A stretch of DNA of 64,000 bases from an uncultured Roseovarius sp. (GCA_964570675.1 CAZMZS010000001.1:3770-67769); one strand, 5' to 3'; positions 10,121 to 21,289 are shown, numbered from the stretch's first letter. The notes: generated by a model from the sequence alone, not told the origin. Translations and numbers: made by a program.

Positions 10121-11290
10121 ATGGCTGGAAATTCTGGCGGCCCCTGGGGCGGCGGCGGAAATTCAGGCGGCGGGGATGACAACCGCGGCGGAAATCGGGG
10201 CGGACGCAGACCACCGGAGGGGGGCGGACCGCAGATCCCGGAGATCGACGAACTTGTTCGCAAGGGCCAGGATCAGCTGCGCGTGCTGATGGGCGGTCGC
10301 GGCGGCGGCGGCAATGACGGCAGTGGCGGCGGTGGCGGCCCGGCCTTCGGGCGCGGATCCATCCTGCTTGGCGTGGTGATCGCGCTGGTGGCCTGGGCGG
10401 CCGCCAGCTTTTACACCGTGAAGCCTGAGGAACAATCCGTGGAGCTGTTCCTTGGGTCCTATTCCTCGACGGGGAATCCGGGCCTCAACTTCGCACCGTG
10501 GCCGGTGGTGACCTATGAGGTGGTGAATGTCACCTCGGAACGCACCGAGGACATCGGCATGGGACGGGGCAATGAAAGCGACGGCCTGATGCTGACCACT
10601 GACGCCAATATCGTCGATATCGACTTTCAGGTGGTGTGGAATATCAACGACCCCGCGAAATTGCTGTTCAACATCCGCGACCCGCAGTTGACGGTGCGCG
10701 CCGTGTCCGAATCCGCGATGCGCGAGATCATCGCGGCGTCGAACCTTGCGCCGATCCTCAACCGCGACCGTGGCCTTATCGCCGACACCGCGCGCGAGAA
10801 TATTCAGGAGACCCTGGATGATTACGAAAGCGGCATCACCATCGTGCGTGTCAACCTTGATACCGCCGACCCGCCGGGCGCCGTGATCGACGCCTTCCGC
10901 GAGGTGCAGGCCGCCGAACAGGAGCGCGACCGTCTGCAACGCCAGGCCGACGCCTATGCCAACCGCGTGCTCGCCGAAGCCCGTGGTGAGGCGGCACAGG
11001 TGATCGAGGTCGCCGAAGGCTACCGCGCCCGCGTGGTCAACGAAGCCATCGGTGAGGCCAGCCGCTTTATCGCGGTGGCGCAGGAGTTCAACAACGCTCC
11101 CGAAGTGACGCAGCGCCGTCTCTACCTCGAGACGATCGAGCGGACATTGGGGCAGCTTGACAAGATCCTGATCGACGAAAACACAGAAGCGGGCCAGAAC
11201 GGTCAGGGCGTCGTGCCTTACCTGCCGCTCAATGAATTGCGCCGCAGTGGCGGTGCGTCCTCCAACACCAGCAACGGGGGCTCGAACTGA
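10121..11290 (+). CDS. hflK: FtsH protease modulator HflK
   Basis: Gly-rich N-terminus, single TM helix, SPFH domain, APEVTQRRLYLET. Confidence 0.95.
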   Translation: MAGNSGGPWGGGGNSGGGDDNRGGNRGGRRPPEGGGPQIPEIDELVRKGQDQLRVLMGGRGGGGNDGSGGGGGPAFGRGSILLGVVIALVAWAAASFYTVKPEEQSVELFLGSYSSTGNPGLNFAPWPVVTYEVVNVTSERTEDIGMGRGNESDGLMLTTDANIVDIDFQVVWNINDPAKLLFNIRDPQLTVRAVSESAMREIIAASNLAPILNRDRGLIADTARENIQETLDDYESGITIVRVNLDTADPPGAVIDAFREVQAAEQERDRLQRQADAYANRVLAEARGEAAQVIEVAEGYRARVVNEAIGEASRFIAVAQEFNNAPEVTQRRLYLETIERTLGQLDKILIDENTEAGQNGQGVVPYLPLNELRRSGGASSNTSNGGSN

Positions 11291-12327
11291 TGCGTAAATC
11301 CGCACTTCTTCTGCCGATCGCGGTCATCGCTGTCATCGGCGTGCTGTCCTCGATCTTTATCGTGGACGAACGCGAGAAAGCGCTTGTCCTGCAATTCGGC
11401 CAAATCCGCCAGGTGGTCGAGGAACCGGGCCTCGGGTTCAAGATCCCGATCATCCAGGAAGTCGTCAGATATGACGACCGGATCCTGTCCTTTGACACCG
11501 ACACGATCGAGGTCACGCCTTCGGACGATCGCCGACTGGTGGTCGATGCCTTCGCGCGCTACCGGATCGCCAATGTGGTGCAATTCCGTCAGGCCGTGGG
11601 CGTGGGCGGCATCCGTGCCGCCGAGGACCGTCTGTCGTCGATCCTGAACGCGCAGATCCGCGAGGTGCTGGGCGCCGACCAGGTGACATCGGACACGATC
11701 CTGTCGCCGCAACGGGGCGAACTGGCGCGGCGTATCCGCGGGCAGGCCCGCACAAGCGCCGAAGGCCTTGGTCTGGAAATCGTCGACGTGAGGCTGAAGC
11801 AGACCAACCTGCCGCAGCAGAACCTGGAAGCCACCTTTGCCCGGATGCGCGCCGAGCGTGAACGCGAAGCCACCGACGAGATCGCCCGCGGTAACGAAGC
11901 CGCGCTGCGCGTGCGCGCTGCGGCGGATCGTACCGTGGTGGAAACCGTGTCAAAAGCTGAGCGTGAAGCCGAGATCACCCGAGGTGAGGCCGATGCCGAA
12001 CGGAACCGGATCTATGCCGAGGCCTTTGGGAACAATCCCGAGTTCTTCGCGTTCTATCGCTCGCTCTCGGCATTGGAGCGGTCGCTCGACTCGCAGAATA
12101 CGACTCTGGTGTTCTCGCCCGAAAGCGACTTTCTTTCCGAGCTTTTCAGTTCGGTTCGGGCCGATGGTCTGACCGAAGTGCAGATCGACGATCTTGATAT
12201 CGAGCGCCTTCGCGAGATGGCCCCGGAATCCGAGATTTCGCCCGACCTGCCGGAATCCGAGCGCCAGCGGCTTGAAGAGGAAGAGCGCCAGCAAGAGGCG
12301 CAGACGGAATCCGAGGCGTCCAATTGA
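11290..12327 (+). CDS. hflC: FtsH protease modulator HflC, with acidic C-terminal extension
   Basis: SPFH domain, RMRAERERE, PEFFAFYRSL. Translationally coupled to hflK. Confidence 0.95.
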   Translation: MRKSALLLPIAVIAVIGVLSSIFIVDEREKALVLQFGQIRQVVEEPGLGFKIPIIQEVVRYDDRILSFDTDTIEVTPSDDRRLVVDAFARYRIANVVQFRQAVGVGGIRAAEDRLSSILNAQIREVLGADQVTSDTILSPQRGELARRIRGQARTSAEGLGLEIVDVRLKQTNLPQQNLEATFARMRAEREREATDEIARGNEAALRVRAAADRTVVETVSKAEREAEITRGEADAERNRIYAEAFGNNPEFFAFYRSLSALERSLDSQNTTLVFSPESDFLSELFSSVRADGLTEVQIDDLDIERLREMAPESEISPDLPESERQRLEEEERQQEAQTESEASN

Positions 12328-12521
12328 TCGAAAACATCTTTCTGGCCCTCGGGCTGGTCTTGATACTGGAGGGGCTGGTCTATGCACTGGCCCCTTCGCT
12401 TGTGGAGCGTTTTCTGATTGCGCTCAGCACCCTGTCGGAAGAAAACCGCCGGCTTCTGGGGCTGGTCGCGATGGCGATCGGGCTGGTGATGGTCTGGGCC
12501 GCAAAGGCGCTGGGCGCTTGA
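12324..12521 (+). CDS. DUF2065 (YjeT-like) small membrane protein
   Basis: LALGLVLILEGLVYALAP motif; usual position after hflC. Confidence 0.85.
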   Translation: MIENIFLALGLVLILEGLVYALAPSLVERFLIALSTLSEENRRLLGLVAMAIGLVMVWAAKALGA

Positions 12522-12672
12522 TTTCCGGCTCACTTGGGTTTCACATGAACGTGACAACAGGGTGCGTGCCTTTTGCGTTTGCGCCCGCAGCACCTAAATG
12601 CATGTCAGAGCAACACAGACGCCAAGGCGTTTTGCATATGCCCAAACGGACAATGGCAAGGAGACGACCCCA

Positions 12673-14145
12673 GTGACAGCCCAATCCGCAACTTTTCCAG
12701 ACAGACAAACCGGCGCGCTGCGCGCGCTTTGGCTGACGGCGCTGACCATGGCGCTGATCATCGCGCAGGCGCTGATGGCGCAGGCGCGCCCCGACAGTTT
12801 CTCGGACCTTGTCGACAAGGTCAGCCCGGCGGTGGTGAACATCACCACCTCGACCGTGGTGGCACGGGGCGCCGGCCCCTCGCCTATCGTGCCAGAGGGT
12901 TCGCCCTTTGAGGATTTCTTCCGCGAATTCCGCGATCGCAACGGTGAGGGCGACCGGCCGCGCCGCACCTCGGCGCTTGGCTCGGGTTTCGTCATTTCCG
13001 AGGATGGCTTCGTGGTGACCAACAACCACGTCATCGAATCCGCTGACGAGATCATCATCGAGTTCTTTTCCGGCCAGGAGCTGACCGCCGAAGTGATCGG
13101 CACCGACCCCAAGACCGATATCGCGCTACTCAAGGTCGAGGCCGACGAGCCGCTTCCGTTTGTCACCTTCGGCGACAGCGACACGGCGCGCGTCGGCGAT
13201 TGGGTGATGGCGATGGGCAACCCGCTGGGCCAGGGTTTCTCGGCCAGCGCGGGCATCGTTTCGGCGCGCAACCGCGCGCTCAGCGGCACCTATGACGATT
13301 ACATCCAGACCGACGCGGCGATCAACCGGGGCAACTCGGGCGGGCCGCTCTTCAACATGGAGTCACAGGTGATCGGCGTGAACACCGCGATCCTGTCGCC
13401 CACCGGTGGCTCGATCGGGATCGGCTTCTCGATGGCGTCGAACGTTGTGACCCGCGTGGTCGATCAGCTCAAGGAGTATGGCGAGACGCGGCGCGGCTGG
13501 CTGGGTGTGCGCATCCAGGACGTGACCGACGACGTCGCCGAAGCAATGGGCCTTGAAGAGGTGCGCGGCGCACTGGTGACGGACGTTCCCGAAGGCCCCG
13601 CCGCCGAGGCCGGCATGAAGGCGGGCGACGTGATCCTGAGCTTTGACGGCAAGCAGGTTCAGGACACCCGTGAACTGGTGCGCCAGGTCGGCAATACCGA
13701 GGTCGGCAAGGCGGTCCGGGTGATGGTGTTCCGCGAAGGCAAGACCCAATCGCTGAAGGTCACGCTGGGACGGCGCGAAGAGGCCGAAGGCGCAGTTCCT
13801 GCGGCCCAGATCGAAGAGGATGAAGGCGGCGAAGCATTGAGCCAGGAAATCCTCGGCCTGACGATCAGCCCGCTTGATGACGAGCTGCGCGGCCAGCTGG
13901 AGCTGGACAGCGACGCCACCGGGCTGGTGGTGACCGATGTGGACAACCTGTCTGAGGCCTATGAAAAGGGCGTGCGCGCTGGCGATCTGATCACTGAGGC
14001 CGGACAACAGCAAGTGACCAGCTTGGGCGATCTTGAGGACCGCATCGACGAGGCCCGCGAGGCCGGGCGCAAGTCCATCCTGCTGTTGGTGCGCCGCGCC
14101 GGTGAGCCGCGTTTCGTGGCGCTGCCGGTCGAAACCGACGAGTGA
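12673..14145 (+). CDS. DegP/DegQ (Do-family) periplasmic serine protease with two PDZ domains
   Basis: VTNNHV, TDIALLK and GNSGGPL triad motifs; signal peptide. GTG start at 12673 follows AAGGAG. Confidence 0.93.
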   Translation: MTAQSATFPDRQTGALRALWLTALTMALIIAQALMAQARPDSFSDLVDKVSPAVVNITTSTVVARGAGPSPIVPEGSPFEDFFREFRDRNGEGDRPRRTSALGSGFVISEDGFVVTNNHVIESADEIIIEFFSGQELTAEVIGTDPKTDIALLKVEADEPLPFVTFGDSDTARVGDWVMAMGNPLGQGFSASAGIVSARNRALSGTYDDYIQTDAAINRGNSGGPLFNMESQVIGVNTAILSPTGGSIGIGFSMASNVVTRVVDQLKEYGETRRGWLGVRIQDVTDDVAEAMGLEEVRGALVTDVPEGPAAEAGMKAGDVILSFDGKQVQDTRELVRQVGNTEVGKAVRVMVFREGKTQSLKVTLGRREEAEGAVPAAQIEEDEGGEALSQEILGLTISPLDDELRGQLELDSDATGLVVTDVDNLSEAYEKGVRAGDLITEAGQQQVTSLGDLEDRIDEAREAGRKSILLLVRRAGEPRFVALPVETDE

Positions 14146-14178
14146 CGCCGCGCCCGTAGACCGGGAAAGGCAAAGATC

Positions 14179-14206
14179 AGGGCGCCCTTGCGGGGGCGCC
14201 CTTTTT
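14179..14206 (+). terminator. Rho-independent terminator of the degP-like gene
   Basis: AGGGCGCCC-ttgcgg-GGGCGCCCT followed by TTTT. Confidence 0.8.
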
Positions 14207-14230
14207 CGTGGCCGGGGGTCAACTGCGCAG

Positions 14231-14791
14231 TCAGGCCGGGAGCGGGAAATCCATCAGCGCCGTATCCTTGCGCAGGTAAAGCGGATGCTTGGCCGAGCCA
14301 TCCTGATTGAGGCCAAGGCATTTCAGCGGCTTGCCGCTTGCGATCATCGCGCCGATCACATCCTGCACCACGGGCTGAAAGCGTTTGTGCAGCTTGCCAT
14401 AGGCCATGACGATAACCTCGGATTCCTGCGCCATGTCACGCAGCGCGGGGATATTGGCGGGGCTGCAGGCGAGCTCCGGGTCGGCGGGGATGTCGCGCGG
14501 CGAGGTCGCGCGCCAATCCAGCATGTTGCCCTTGAGATAGCGGGTGAAGCCCCAGTCGCGCGCAAAGATCAGTTCGCGGTGACAGGTGGGGTCGGAAACT
14601 TCGGCGGCGGCGACCGAGGGGTTCATGCCGATGAACAGCACCGCGCGGGGCGGCGTGCCCCCCGGCGTCCAGTCGCGTGTCAGCGATTGCCGGTAGCGCC
14701 CGCAATCCGAAAAGCTGGCGCCGCCGATCACCCCGTCGGGTAGCCTGAGGCGCACCTTGCCGCCGGGATCATGTGCGCCTTCGCCGTTCAT
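14231..14791 (-). CDS. DUF1643 family protein
   Basis: [28 protein letters not shown] overlaps the truB stop (ATGA). Confidence 0.85.
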   Translation of the reverse strand: MNGEGAHDPGGKVRLRLPDGVIGGASFSDCGRYRQSLTRDWTPGGTPPRAVLFIGMNPSVAAAEVSDPTCHRELIFARDWGFTRYLKGNMLDWRATSPRDIPADPELACSPANIPALRDMAQESEVIVMAYGKLHKRFQPVVQDVIGAMIASGKPLKCLGLNQDGSAKHPLYLRKDTALMDFPLPA

Positions 14792-15693
14792 TGGTTGAAG
14801 ACCCGGCTTGGGTGCAGCTCGCCCGCCTTGAAGCGGCCGACGGCAACGGCGCGCCCGTCGTGGGAGGCCCAGCATTCCTCGCCGTAGTCGATATCGCTGG
14901 CGACCACCATGCCGGGGTTGCCATTCCTGAGCCGCGCCAGCCCGACATCGGTGCAGCGCACTTGGGGCAGATCATCGAGCCCCTCTTCAAGGGGGCGGAG
15001 GTGGCTGTCGAGTTCGGGCGAATGGGCCAGCGCCTCGATCCGGTCGAGCGTCAGCCCGTCCTCGGCGCGAAACGGCCCCGACCAGATGCGGCGCAAACGG
15101 GTCACATGGCCGAAACAGCCCAGCGCCTCGCCCAGATCGCGGGCGATGGCGCGCACATAGCCGCCCTTGCCGCAGGTCATCGCCAGCACGACGTGATCGG
15201 CATCGGGGCGATCCAGCATCACCAGTTCCTCGACCCAGAGGGGGCGGGGTTCGACCTCGAAATCCTCGCCATCACGGGCGAGTTTATAGGCGCGCTGGCC
15301 GTCGATCTTGACGGCGGAATATTTCGGCGGGACTTGCATGATCTCGCCGACGAAAGCATGCAGTGCCTCCTTGATGGCGGCATCATCGGGGCGCGTGTCG
15401 CTGGAGGCGACCACCTCGCCTTCGGCGTCGTCGGTATTGGTGGCCTGCCCCAGCCGGACGGTGAATTCGTAGGCCTTGAGCGCGTCGGTGATGTAGGGGA
15501 CGGTCTTGGTCGCCTCGCCCAGCGCCACGGCAAGAACGCCTGTTGCTTCGGGATCGAGCGTGCCGGCATGGCCCGCCTTCTTGGCCTGCAACGCCCAGCG
15601 CACCTTGTTCACGACCGCTGTCGAGGTCATCCCCGCGGGCTTGTCCACGACCAGCCAGCCGGAAATATCGCGCCCCTTGCGTTTGCGTGCCAT
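14788..15693 (-). CDS. truB: tRNA pseudouridine(55) synthase
   Basis: [31 protein letters not shown]. Confidence 0.97.
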   Translation of the reverse strand: MARKRKGRDISGWLVVDKPAGMTSTAVVNKVRWALQAKKAGHAGTLDPEATGVLAVALGEATKTVPYITDALKAYEFTVRLGQATNTDDAEGEVVASSDTRPDDAAIKEALHAFVGEIMQVPPKYSAVKIDGQRAYKLARDGEDFEVEPRPLWVEELVMLDRPDADHVVLAMTCGKGGYVRAIARDLGEALGCFGHVTRLRRIWSGPFRAEDGLTLDRIEALAHSPELDSHLRPLEEGLDDLPQVRCTDVGLARLRNGNPGMVVASDIDYGEECWASHDGRAVAVGRFKAGELHPSRVFNQ

Positions 15694-15748
15694 GCCTGTG
15701 CCCTTTTGCCCGGTGAAGGCGGCGGCGTAGCCCAAGCCCCGCGCGCTG

Positions 15749-16507
15749 TCAATTCGCCCCGTGCCGGACCACGCCCACCACCGGCCCCATCGGGAAGCCC
15801 CCGTCATGACGCCCGATGGCGGGCGCATAGAGGCGCGAGATGTTGCCATCGAGATAAAGCGCCTGCGGCGTCTTGAGCACGTCGCGAAACAGCGTGGCGA
15901 AGTCATGGAAGGTCACCGGCGCCTGCGAGATCGCGAACCAGAGCGTCTGACCATCCCCCGAGCTGCCCACCGCGTTGCGCCGATAGCGGCTGTCGCTGTC
16001 GGGCAGGAAGCGCGGATGCAGCGCGCCGTCGATCACCAGCATCGGCCCCGATTGGGTGGCGAAACGGCAGGCGGGGGGATCGGCGGTGAAGCGCAGGGTT
16101 TCGATCACATCGGCGCGCCCGTCGCGGATGCACAGGATACCGTTGGGCAAAAGCCCGAAATTGCCCGGCCCCGCCGAGGTAACGACCGGCGCGAGGGTCT
16201 CACCCTCTTCGACATAAAGCCCGACCGGGCTGCGGTCGGTGTGATACATTCCGGCATTCATGCCAAAGGCGAGGCGCGCGTCGCTGCCGCCCAGCATCCT
16301 GTCGATATTGTCGAAACTGGCGAGCGGTTTGCCGGTGCTTTCGTCGCGCAGGAACAGCCTCAGGTCCGCGTCGGCGACATCAACGCGGCAGATGGTGAAA
16401 GCCTCACCTTGATGGTCGCGCGTGCCGCATTCGACCGCAGCGGCGGGCAGGGCCGCGATCAGCGCCCAGAGGGTCACGCAGAGGCGAAGCACGTCAGCCT
16501 TCGACAT
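15749..16507 (-). CDS. Phosphodiester glycosidase (YigE/DUF2233-like) exported protein
   Basis: Signal peptide; [31 protein letters not shown] motifs. Confidence 0.85.
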   Translation of the reverse strand: MSKADVLRLCVTLWALIAALPAAAVECGTRDHQGEAFTICRVDVADADLRLFLRDESTGKPLASFDNIDRMLGGSDARLAFGMNAGMYHTDRSPVGLYVEEGETLAPVVTSAGPGNFGLLPNGILCIRDGRADVIETLRFTADPPACRFATQSGPMLVIDGALHPRFLPDSDSRYRRNAVGSSGDGQTLWFAISQAPVTFHDFATLFRDVLKTPQALYLDGNISRLYAPAIGRHDGGFPMGPVVGVVRHGAN

Positions 16508-16889
16508 CCCGGCGCACCTTGTCCTGCGCAAAGAGCTTTCGGGTTTCATCCATCCGGTCGAACGTCTCGTCGATGCGAAAGCGCAGGTCGGGCGCGTATT
16601 TCAGATCGAGCTTCTTGCCCACCATGCGGCGCAGCTCACCCTTGTTGCGGGCAAGGAAGGCGATGGCGTCCTCCTGCCCTTCACCGCCAAGGGGCAGCAC
16701 ATAGGCGGTGGCGACCTTGAGGTCGGGAGAGACGCGCACTTCGCCGACCGTCACCGAAAGACGGTTGAGTTCGGGATCATGCACGTCACCGCGCATCAGA
16801 ACCTCGGACAGGGTGCGCCGGATCAGTTCGCCGACGCGAAGCTGGCGTTGCGACGGCCCGGACCCTTCATGAAACTTGTTTCTGGCCAT
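16494..16889 (-). CDS. rbfA: Ribosome-binding factor A
   Basis: [35 protein letters not shown]. Confidence 0.96.
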   Translation of the reverse strand: MARNKFHEGSGPSQRQLRVGELIRRTLSEVLMRGDVHDPELNRLSVTVGEVRVSPDLKVATAYVLPLGGEGQEDAIAFLARNKGELRRMVGKKLDLKYAPDLRFRIDETFDRMDETRKLFAQDKVRRDVEG

Positions 16890-17004
16890 GCCTCGCATCT
16901 AATCGCTTCGCGCTGCTTTGCCAAGATCAATGCGCGCAGTTGCCCATTGTGCCGGGCCCGCGCCACGGGCTAAACAACGCCGGACATTCGCAGGAGGCCG
17001 CGAC

Positions 17005-17823
17005 ATGACAGATCTGCCGGGAATCGTGGTGACGGGGGCATCGGGGCGCATGGGCCAGATGCTGATCCGCACCGTTCTGGAAAGCGACCGCGCCAGGCTG
17101 GCGGGGGCGCTGGAGCGCAAGGGCCATGACTGGATCGGCAAGGACGTGGGTGAAGCGATGGGCGGCGCCGCGATCGGGGTCAGCGTCACCGATGATCCGC
17201 TGGAGGCGCTGTCGCGCGCCCATGCGGTGATCGATTTCACCGCGCCTGCCGCAACGGTGGAGATCGCCGGTCTGTCGGCGCAGGCGCGCTGCGTGCATGT
17301 GATCGGCACGACCGGGCTTGCGGCTGAGGATATCGACAAGATCGACGCCGCCGCGCGCCATGCCACGATCATTCGCGCCGGAAACATGAGCCTTGGCGTC
17401 AACCTGCTGGTGCAGCTTACCAAGAAGGTCGCCGCAGCGCTGGACGAGGATTACGATATCGAGGTGATCGAGGCACATCACAACCAGAAGGTCGATGCGC
17501 CTTCGGGCACTGCCCTGATGCTGGGCGAAGCCGCCGCCGAGGGGCGGGGCGTGCGCCTTGAGAGTGTCGAGGACCGGGGCCGCGACGGGATCACCGGCAA
17601 GCGCGAGCGCGGGCATATAGGGTTCTCGGCGATCCGGGGCGGCGACATCGTGGGCGAGCATGACGTGATGTTCGCCGCGATGGGCGAGCGGTTGATCCTG
17701 CGCCATGTCGCCAGTGATCGCGCGGTTTTCGCGCGCGGCGCGCTCAAGGCCGCGCTGTGGGGTCAGGGCCGCAAGCCGGGCGCCTATGACATGCTGGATG
17801 TGCTGGGCCTCAAGGACGACTGA
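17005..17823 (+). CDS. dapB: 4-hydroxy-tetrahydrodipicolinate reductase
   Basis: [35 protein letters not shown]. Confidence 0.97.
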   Translation: MTDLPGIVVTGASGRMGQMLIRTVLESDRARLAGALERKGHDWIGKDVGEAMGGAAIGVSVTDDPLEALSRAHAVIDFTAPAATVEIAGLSAQARCVHVIGTTGLAAEDIDKIDAAARHATIIRAGNMSLGVNLLVQLTKKVAAALDEDYDIEVIEAHHNQKVDAPSGTALMLGEAAAEGRGVRLESVEDRGRDGITGKRERGHIGFSAIRGGDIVGEHDVMFAAMGERLILRHVASDRAVFARGALKAALWGQGRKPGAYDMLDVLGLKDD

Positions 17824-17859
17824 GGGGGCGGACGCCCTGCCATATCCCTGCGCCGCCGT

Positions 17860-18039
17860 TCAGAAATCGACGGCGAGGCCCTTTTTCTCCCAATCGCCGT
17901 AGCGCACGGGCTCCAGCCCCTCGCGGCGGCCACCAAGTTCCTTGGGCAGCTCGCTTTCGGCGGCGTTGCGGCGGCGCTCTTCGGCTTCGGCCAGGGCGCG
18001 GATGGCTTCGGGCGGGAGATCGCGTTGCGGGTCGGACAT
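17860..18039 (-). CDS. DUF1674 / SDHAF4-like small protein (59 aa; absent from the ORF track)
   Basis: Manual translation MSDPQRDLPPEAIRALAEAEERRRNAAESELPKELGGRREGLEPVRYGDWEKKGLAVDF with the family motif EPxRYGDWExKG..DF; AAAGGAAG RBS. Confidence 0.9.
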   Translation of the reverse strand: MSDPQRDLPPEAIRALAEAEERRRNAAESELPKELGGRREGLEPVRYGDWEKKGLAVDF

Positions 18040-18106
18040 TGTCGGGCTTCCTTTGGTGCTTGTGCCTTGATATATGCCCGCATTGCCCCCGAGCCAAGGA
18101 TTTCCG

Positions 18107-19390
18107 ATGTCACAGCCCGCACCTTCTGCCCGCCGCAGCGCTATCCACCTGCTGGATCAGGTGATGGGCGAAGGGCGGTTGATGTCCGACATGATCGCTT
18201 CGGGCGCGCTGGACCGGCTTGAACCGGCGGATCGCGCCCGCGCGCAGCGCCTGGCGAGCGACACCCTGCGCGGACTGGAACGGGCCGACCGGCTGTTGCA
18301 ACGCCATCTGCGCAAGCCGCCGCCGCTGCATGTGTTCAACATCCTGCGCCTTGGCGCGGTCGAGCTGTGCACGGGGGGCGATGCGCATGGGGTGGTCAAC
18401 GACCTTGTGGGGATCGTCGGCAGTCACAAGCGGTATGGCAACCTCAAGGGGTTGATCAACGCGGTGCTGCGCAAGATCGCCGATGACGGGATGAAGACAT
18501 GGAACGACCTGCGGGTGCCGCGCCTGCGCCGCTGGCTGCGCGAGCCGCTGATCGCAGCATGGGGCAACGGGCCGGTCGGGGCGATGGAGCGGGCGCATTT
18601 CGCGGGCGCACCGCTGGACCTGACGGCCAAGGGGGATGCGGATGAATTGCTGACCCTCCTTGGAACGGGGACACTGTTGCCGACGGGGAGTGTTCGGCTG
18701 TCGGATGCCGGGCAGGTTTCGGCCCTGCCCGGTTTTGACGATGGCGCGTGGTGGGTACAGGACGCCGCTGCCGCGATCCCGGCGCGGGTTCTGGCGCCAA
18801 AGCCGGGGGAAAGCGTGCTGGATCTTTGCGCGGCGCCGGGTGGCAAGACATTGCAACTGGCGGCGGCGGGGGCGGATGTGACCGCGCTCGACATTTCCGA
18901 AAAGCGGATGTCGCGGGTGCGCGAGAACCTCGCGCGCTGCGGTCTCACGGCGCATTGTGTGATCGGCGATGCGCTGGAACATGCGGGCGGCCCTTATGAC
19001 GCGGTGCTGCTGGATGCGCCCTGTTCGGCGACCGGCACGATACGGCGCCACCCCGACCTGCCCTTTGCCAAGGATGGTGCGGAATTCGCCGCGCTGATCG
19101 CGTTGCAGTCGGCCATGATCGACCACGCGCTGACATTGCTCAAGCCCGGCGGGCGGCTGGTGTTCTGCACCTGCTCGCTGTTGCCCGACGAGGGCGAATG
19201 CCAGGTCGAAGAGGCCTGCGTGCGCCATCCGGGGCTGAGCGTGGAGCGCGCGGCGCTGGACCTGCCGGGGATCGCGCCGGAATGGATCACCGAAGAGGGC
19301 GGGTTGCGCCTGCGTCCCGATTACTGGCCCGAAATCGGCGGGATGGACGGGTTCTATATCGCCAGTCTGCGCTTGCCCGCCGGGAACTGA
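18107..19390 (+). CDS. rsmB: RsmB/NOP family rRNA m5C methyltransferase
   Basis: NusB-like N-terminus, DLCAAPGGKT, LLDAPCSATG, FCTCSL. Confidence 0.9.
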   Translation: MSQPAPSARRSAIHLLDQVMGEGRLMSDMIASGALDRLEPADRARAQRLASDTLRGLERADRLLQRHLRKPPPLHVFNILRLGAVELCTGGDAHGVVNDLVGIVGSHKRYGNLKGLINAVLRKIADDGMKTWNDLRVPRLRRWLREPLIAAWGNGPVGAMERAHFAGAPLDLTAKGDADELLTLLGTGTLLPTGSVRLSDAGQVSALPGFDDGAWWVQDAAAAIPARVLAPKPGESVLDLCAAPGGKTLQLAAAGADVTALDISEKRMSRVRENLARCGLTAHCVIGDALEHAGGPYDAVLLDAPCSATGTIRRHPDLPFAKDGAEFAALIALQSAMIDHALTLLKPGGRLVFCTCSLLPDEGECQVEEACVRHPGLSVERAALDLPGIAPEWITEEGGLRLRPDYWPEIGGMDGFYIASLRLPAGN

Positions 19391-19501
19391 CCCCGCACAG
19401 GAACCTTCTGCGCATTGAGGCGGATTGGCCGGTGACTTGGCGGCGGCGGGAAGCTATAGTGTCCCCAACAACGCCAGGAAGAGCGTGCAGAGGCAAGGCA
19501 T

Positions 19502-21262
19502 ATGTCAAAGTCCGACAACCTGTCGGCGCGCTGGACGCGCCTCATGAACCGCGTCGCCGCCCGGCGCGCGACGCTGACGCGCGCGGCCACGGCCTTTGTC
19601 TCGCAGCCCGAACCGCGCACCATCGGCAGTTATGCGCGCGGTCGCCAGCTTGTGGCGGGCAACTTTCTGTTCGCCGGGCATCTGTTGCAGGAACCGGACA
19701 GCAACATCTGGGACCTGACGCCCCCGGACCAGGCTTTTGCAGAGGAAATCCACGGCTTTGGCTGGCTTGACGATCTGGCGGCGCTTGGCGATGCGAGTGC
19801 GCGGCAATGCGCGCAGGCATGGCTTTGGTCCTGGATCGAACGCTATGGCGCGGGGCGCGGGCCGGGCTGGACCCCGGACCTGACCGGCCGGCGGCTGATC
19901 CGCTGGATCAACCACGCGCCTTTCCTGCTTGGCTTCACCGAGCGCGAGGAAGCCGAGGGTTTCTTCAAATCGCTGGCGCAGCAGACCAATTTCCTGGGCC
20001 GCCGCTGGCGCGCCTCCTGCCCCGGCCTGCCGCGATTCGAGGCGTTGACTGGTCTGGTCTATGCCGGTCTCTCTCTGAAAGGGATGGAGGGGCATGTGGA
20101 CCCCGCGCTGCGCGTGCTGGCGCGCGATTGCGACACGCAGATCGACGATGCCGGGGGTATCGCCACCCGCAACCCCGAGGAATTGCTGGATGTCTTCGCG
20201 CTTTTGACATGGGCTTCGGTGGCGCTGTCGGAATCCGGGCGCGCCCCGGCGCCATCACATTGGAGTGCGATCGAACGGATCGCCCCGACCCTGCGCACCC
20301 TGCGCCACAGCGACGGCGCGCTGGCGCGGTTTCACGGTGGCGGGCGCGGGCTTGAGGGGCGGCTCGACAATGCGCTGGCCAATAGCGGCGTCAAGACGCG
20401 CCAGCCTGACGGGTTGTCGATGGGCTATGCGAGGATCAGCGCCGGGCGGACCTCGATCATCATTGACGCGGCGCCGCCGCCAACGGGGCGCGCATCGCTC
20501 AATGCGCATGCCTCGACGCTGGCGTTCGAGCTGACGTCGGGGCGACGGCCGCTGATCGTGAATTGCGGCTCAGGGGTCAGTTTCGGGGCGCAGTGGCGGC
20601 GTGCGGGGCGCGCCACGCCGTCGCATTCCACGTTGGTATTGGCGGGCCGCTCCAGCGCGCGGCTGGATCTTGGCGCCAAGCGCGACGGCTGGCTGACCGA
20701 CGCGCCGCGCCATGTGCCGGTCAAGGTCAGCAACGCACCGGACGGGCTACGCTTCGAGGGGGGGCATGATGGCTATCTGCGCAGTTACGGCCTGACCCAT
20801 GCGCGCACGCTGGACCTGACATTCGACGGGCGCGGGGTGGCGGGCGAGGACATGCTGCTGACGCTGGGCGACGGCGACAGGCGCCGCTTCGACAAGGCGA
20901 TGGATGCGGCCACCTTGCAGGGCATTCCTTTTGACATCCGCTTTCACCTGCACCCGGATGTGGATGCCAGCGTCGACATGGGCGGCGCGGCGGTGTCGAT
21001 GGCGCTCAAGAGTGGCGAAATCTGGGTGTTTCGCAGCGACGGGCGGGTGAATCTGTCGCTGGAACCCAGCGTTTACCTCGAAAAAAACCGGCTCAAGCCA
21101 CGTGCGACCAAACAAATCGTTCTATCCGGTCGCGTGATGGAGTATGCGACCCGCACAAGGTGGTCATTGGCCAAGGCGCAGTACACGCCCATCGGCATCC
21201 GCGACCTGACACAGGACGAAGCGGCGCCAGCGGCCAGTGACACCGAGACAGAACAGACCTGA
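19502..21262 (+). CDS. Heparinase II/III-like family protein
   Basis: AHASTLAFEL, IVNCG, RATPSHST, IRFHLHP motifs; typical position between rsmB and purH. Confidence 0.85.
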   Translation: MSKSDNLSARWTRLMNRVAARRATLTRAATAFVSQPEPRTIGSYARGRQLVAGNFLFAGHLLQEPDSNIWDLTPPDQAFAEEIHGFGWLDDLAALGDASARQCAQAWLWSWIERYGAGRGPGWTPDLTGRRLIRWINHAPFLLGFTEREEAEGFFKSLAQQTNFLGRRWRASCPGLPRFEALTGLVYAGLSLKGMEGHVDPALRVLARDCDTQIDDAGGIATRNPEELLDVFALLTWASVALSESGRAPAPSHWSAIERIAPTLRTLRHSDGALARFHGGGRGLEGRLDNALANSGVKTRQPDGLSMGYARISAGRTSIIIDAAPPPTGRASLNAHASTLAFELTSGRRPLIVNCGSGVSFGAQWRRAGRATPSHSTLVLAGRSSARLDLGAKRDGWLTDAPRHVPVKVSNAPDGLRFEGGHDGYLRSYGLTHARTLDLTFDGRGVAGEDMLLTLGDGDRRRFDKAMDAATLQGIPFDIRFHLHPDVDASVDMGGAAVSMALKSGEIWVFRSDGRVNLSLEPSVYLEKNRLKPRATKQIVLSGRVMEYATRTRWSLAKAQYTPIGIRDLTQDEAAPAASDTETEQT

Positions 21263-21289
21263 ACCGACTGACCCGAGGATCCGCTGCCC

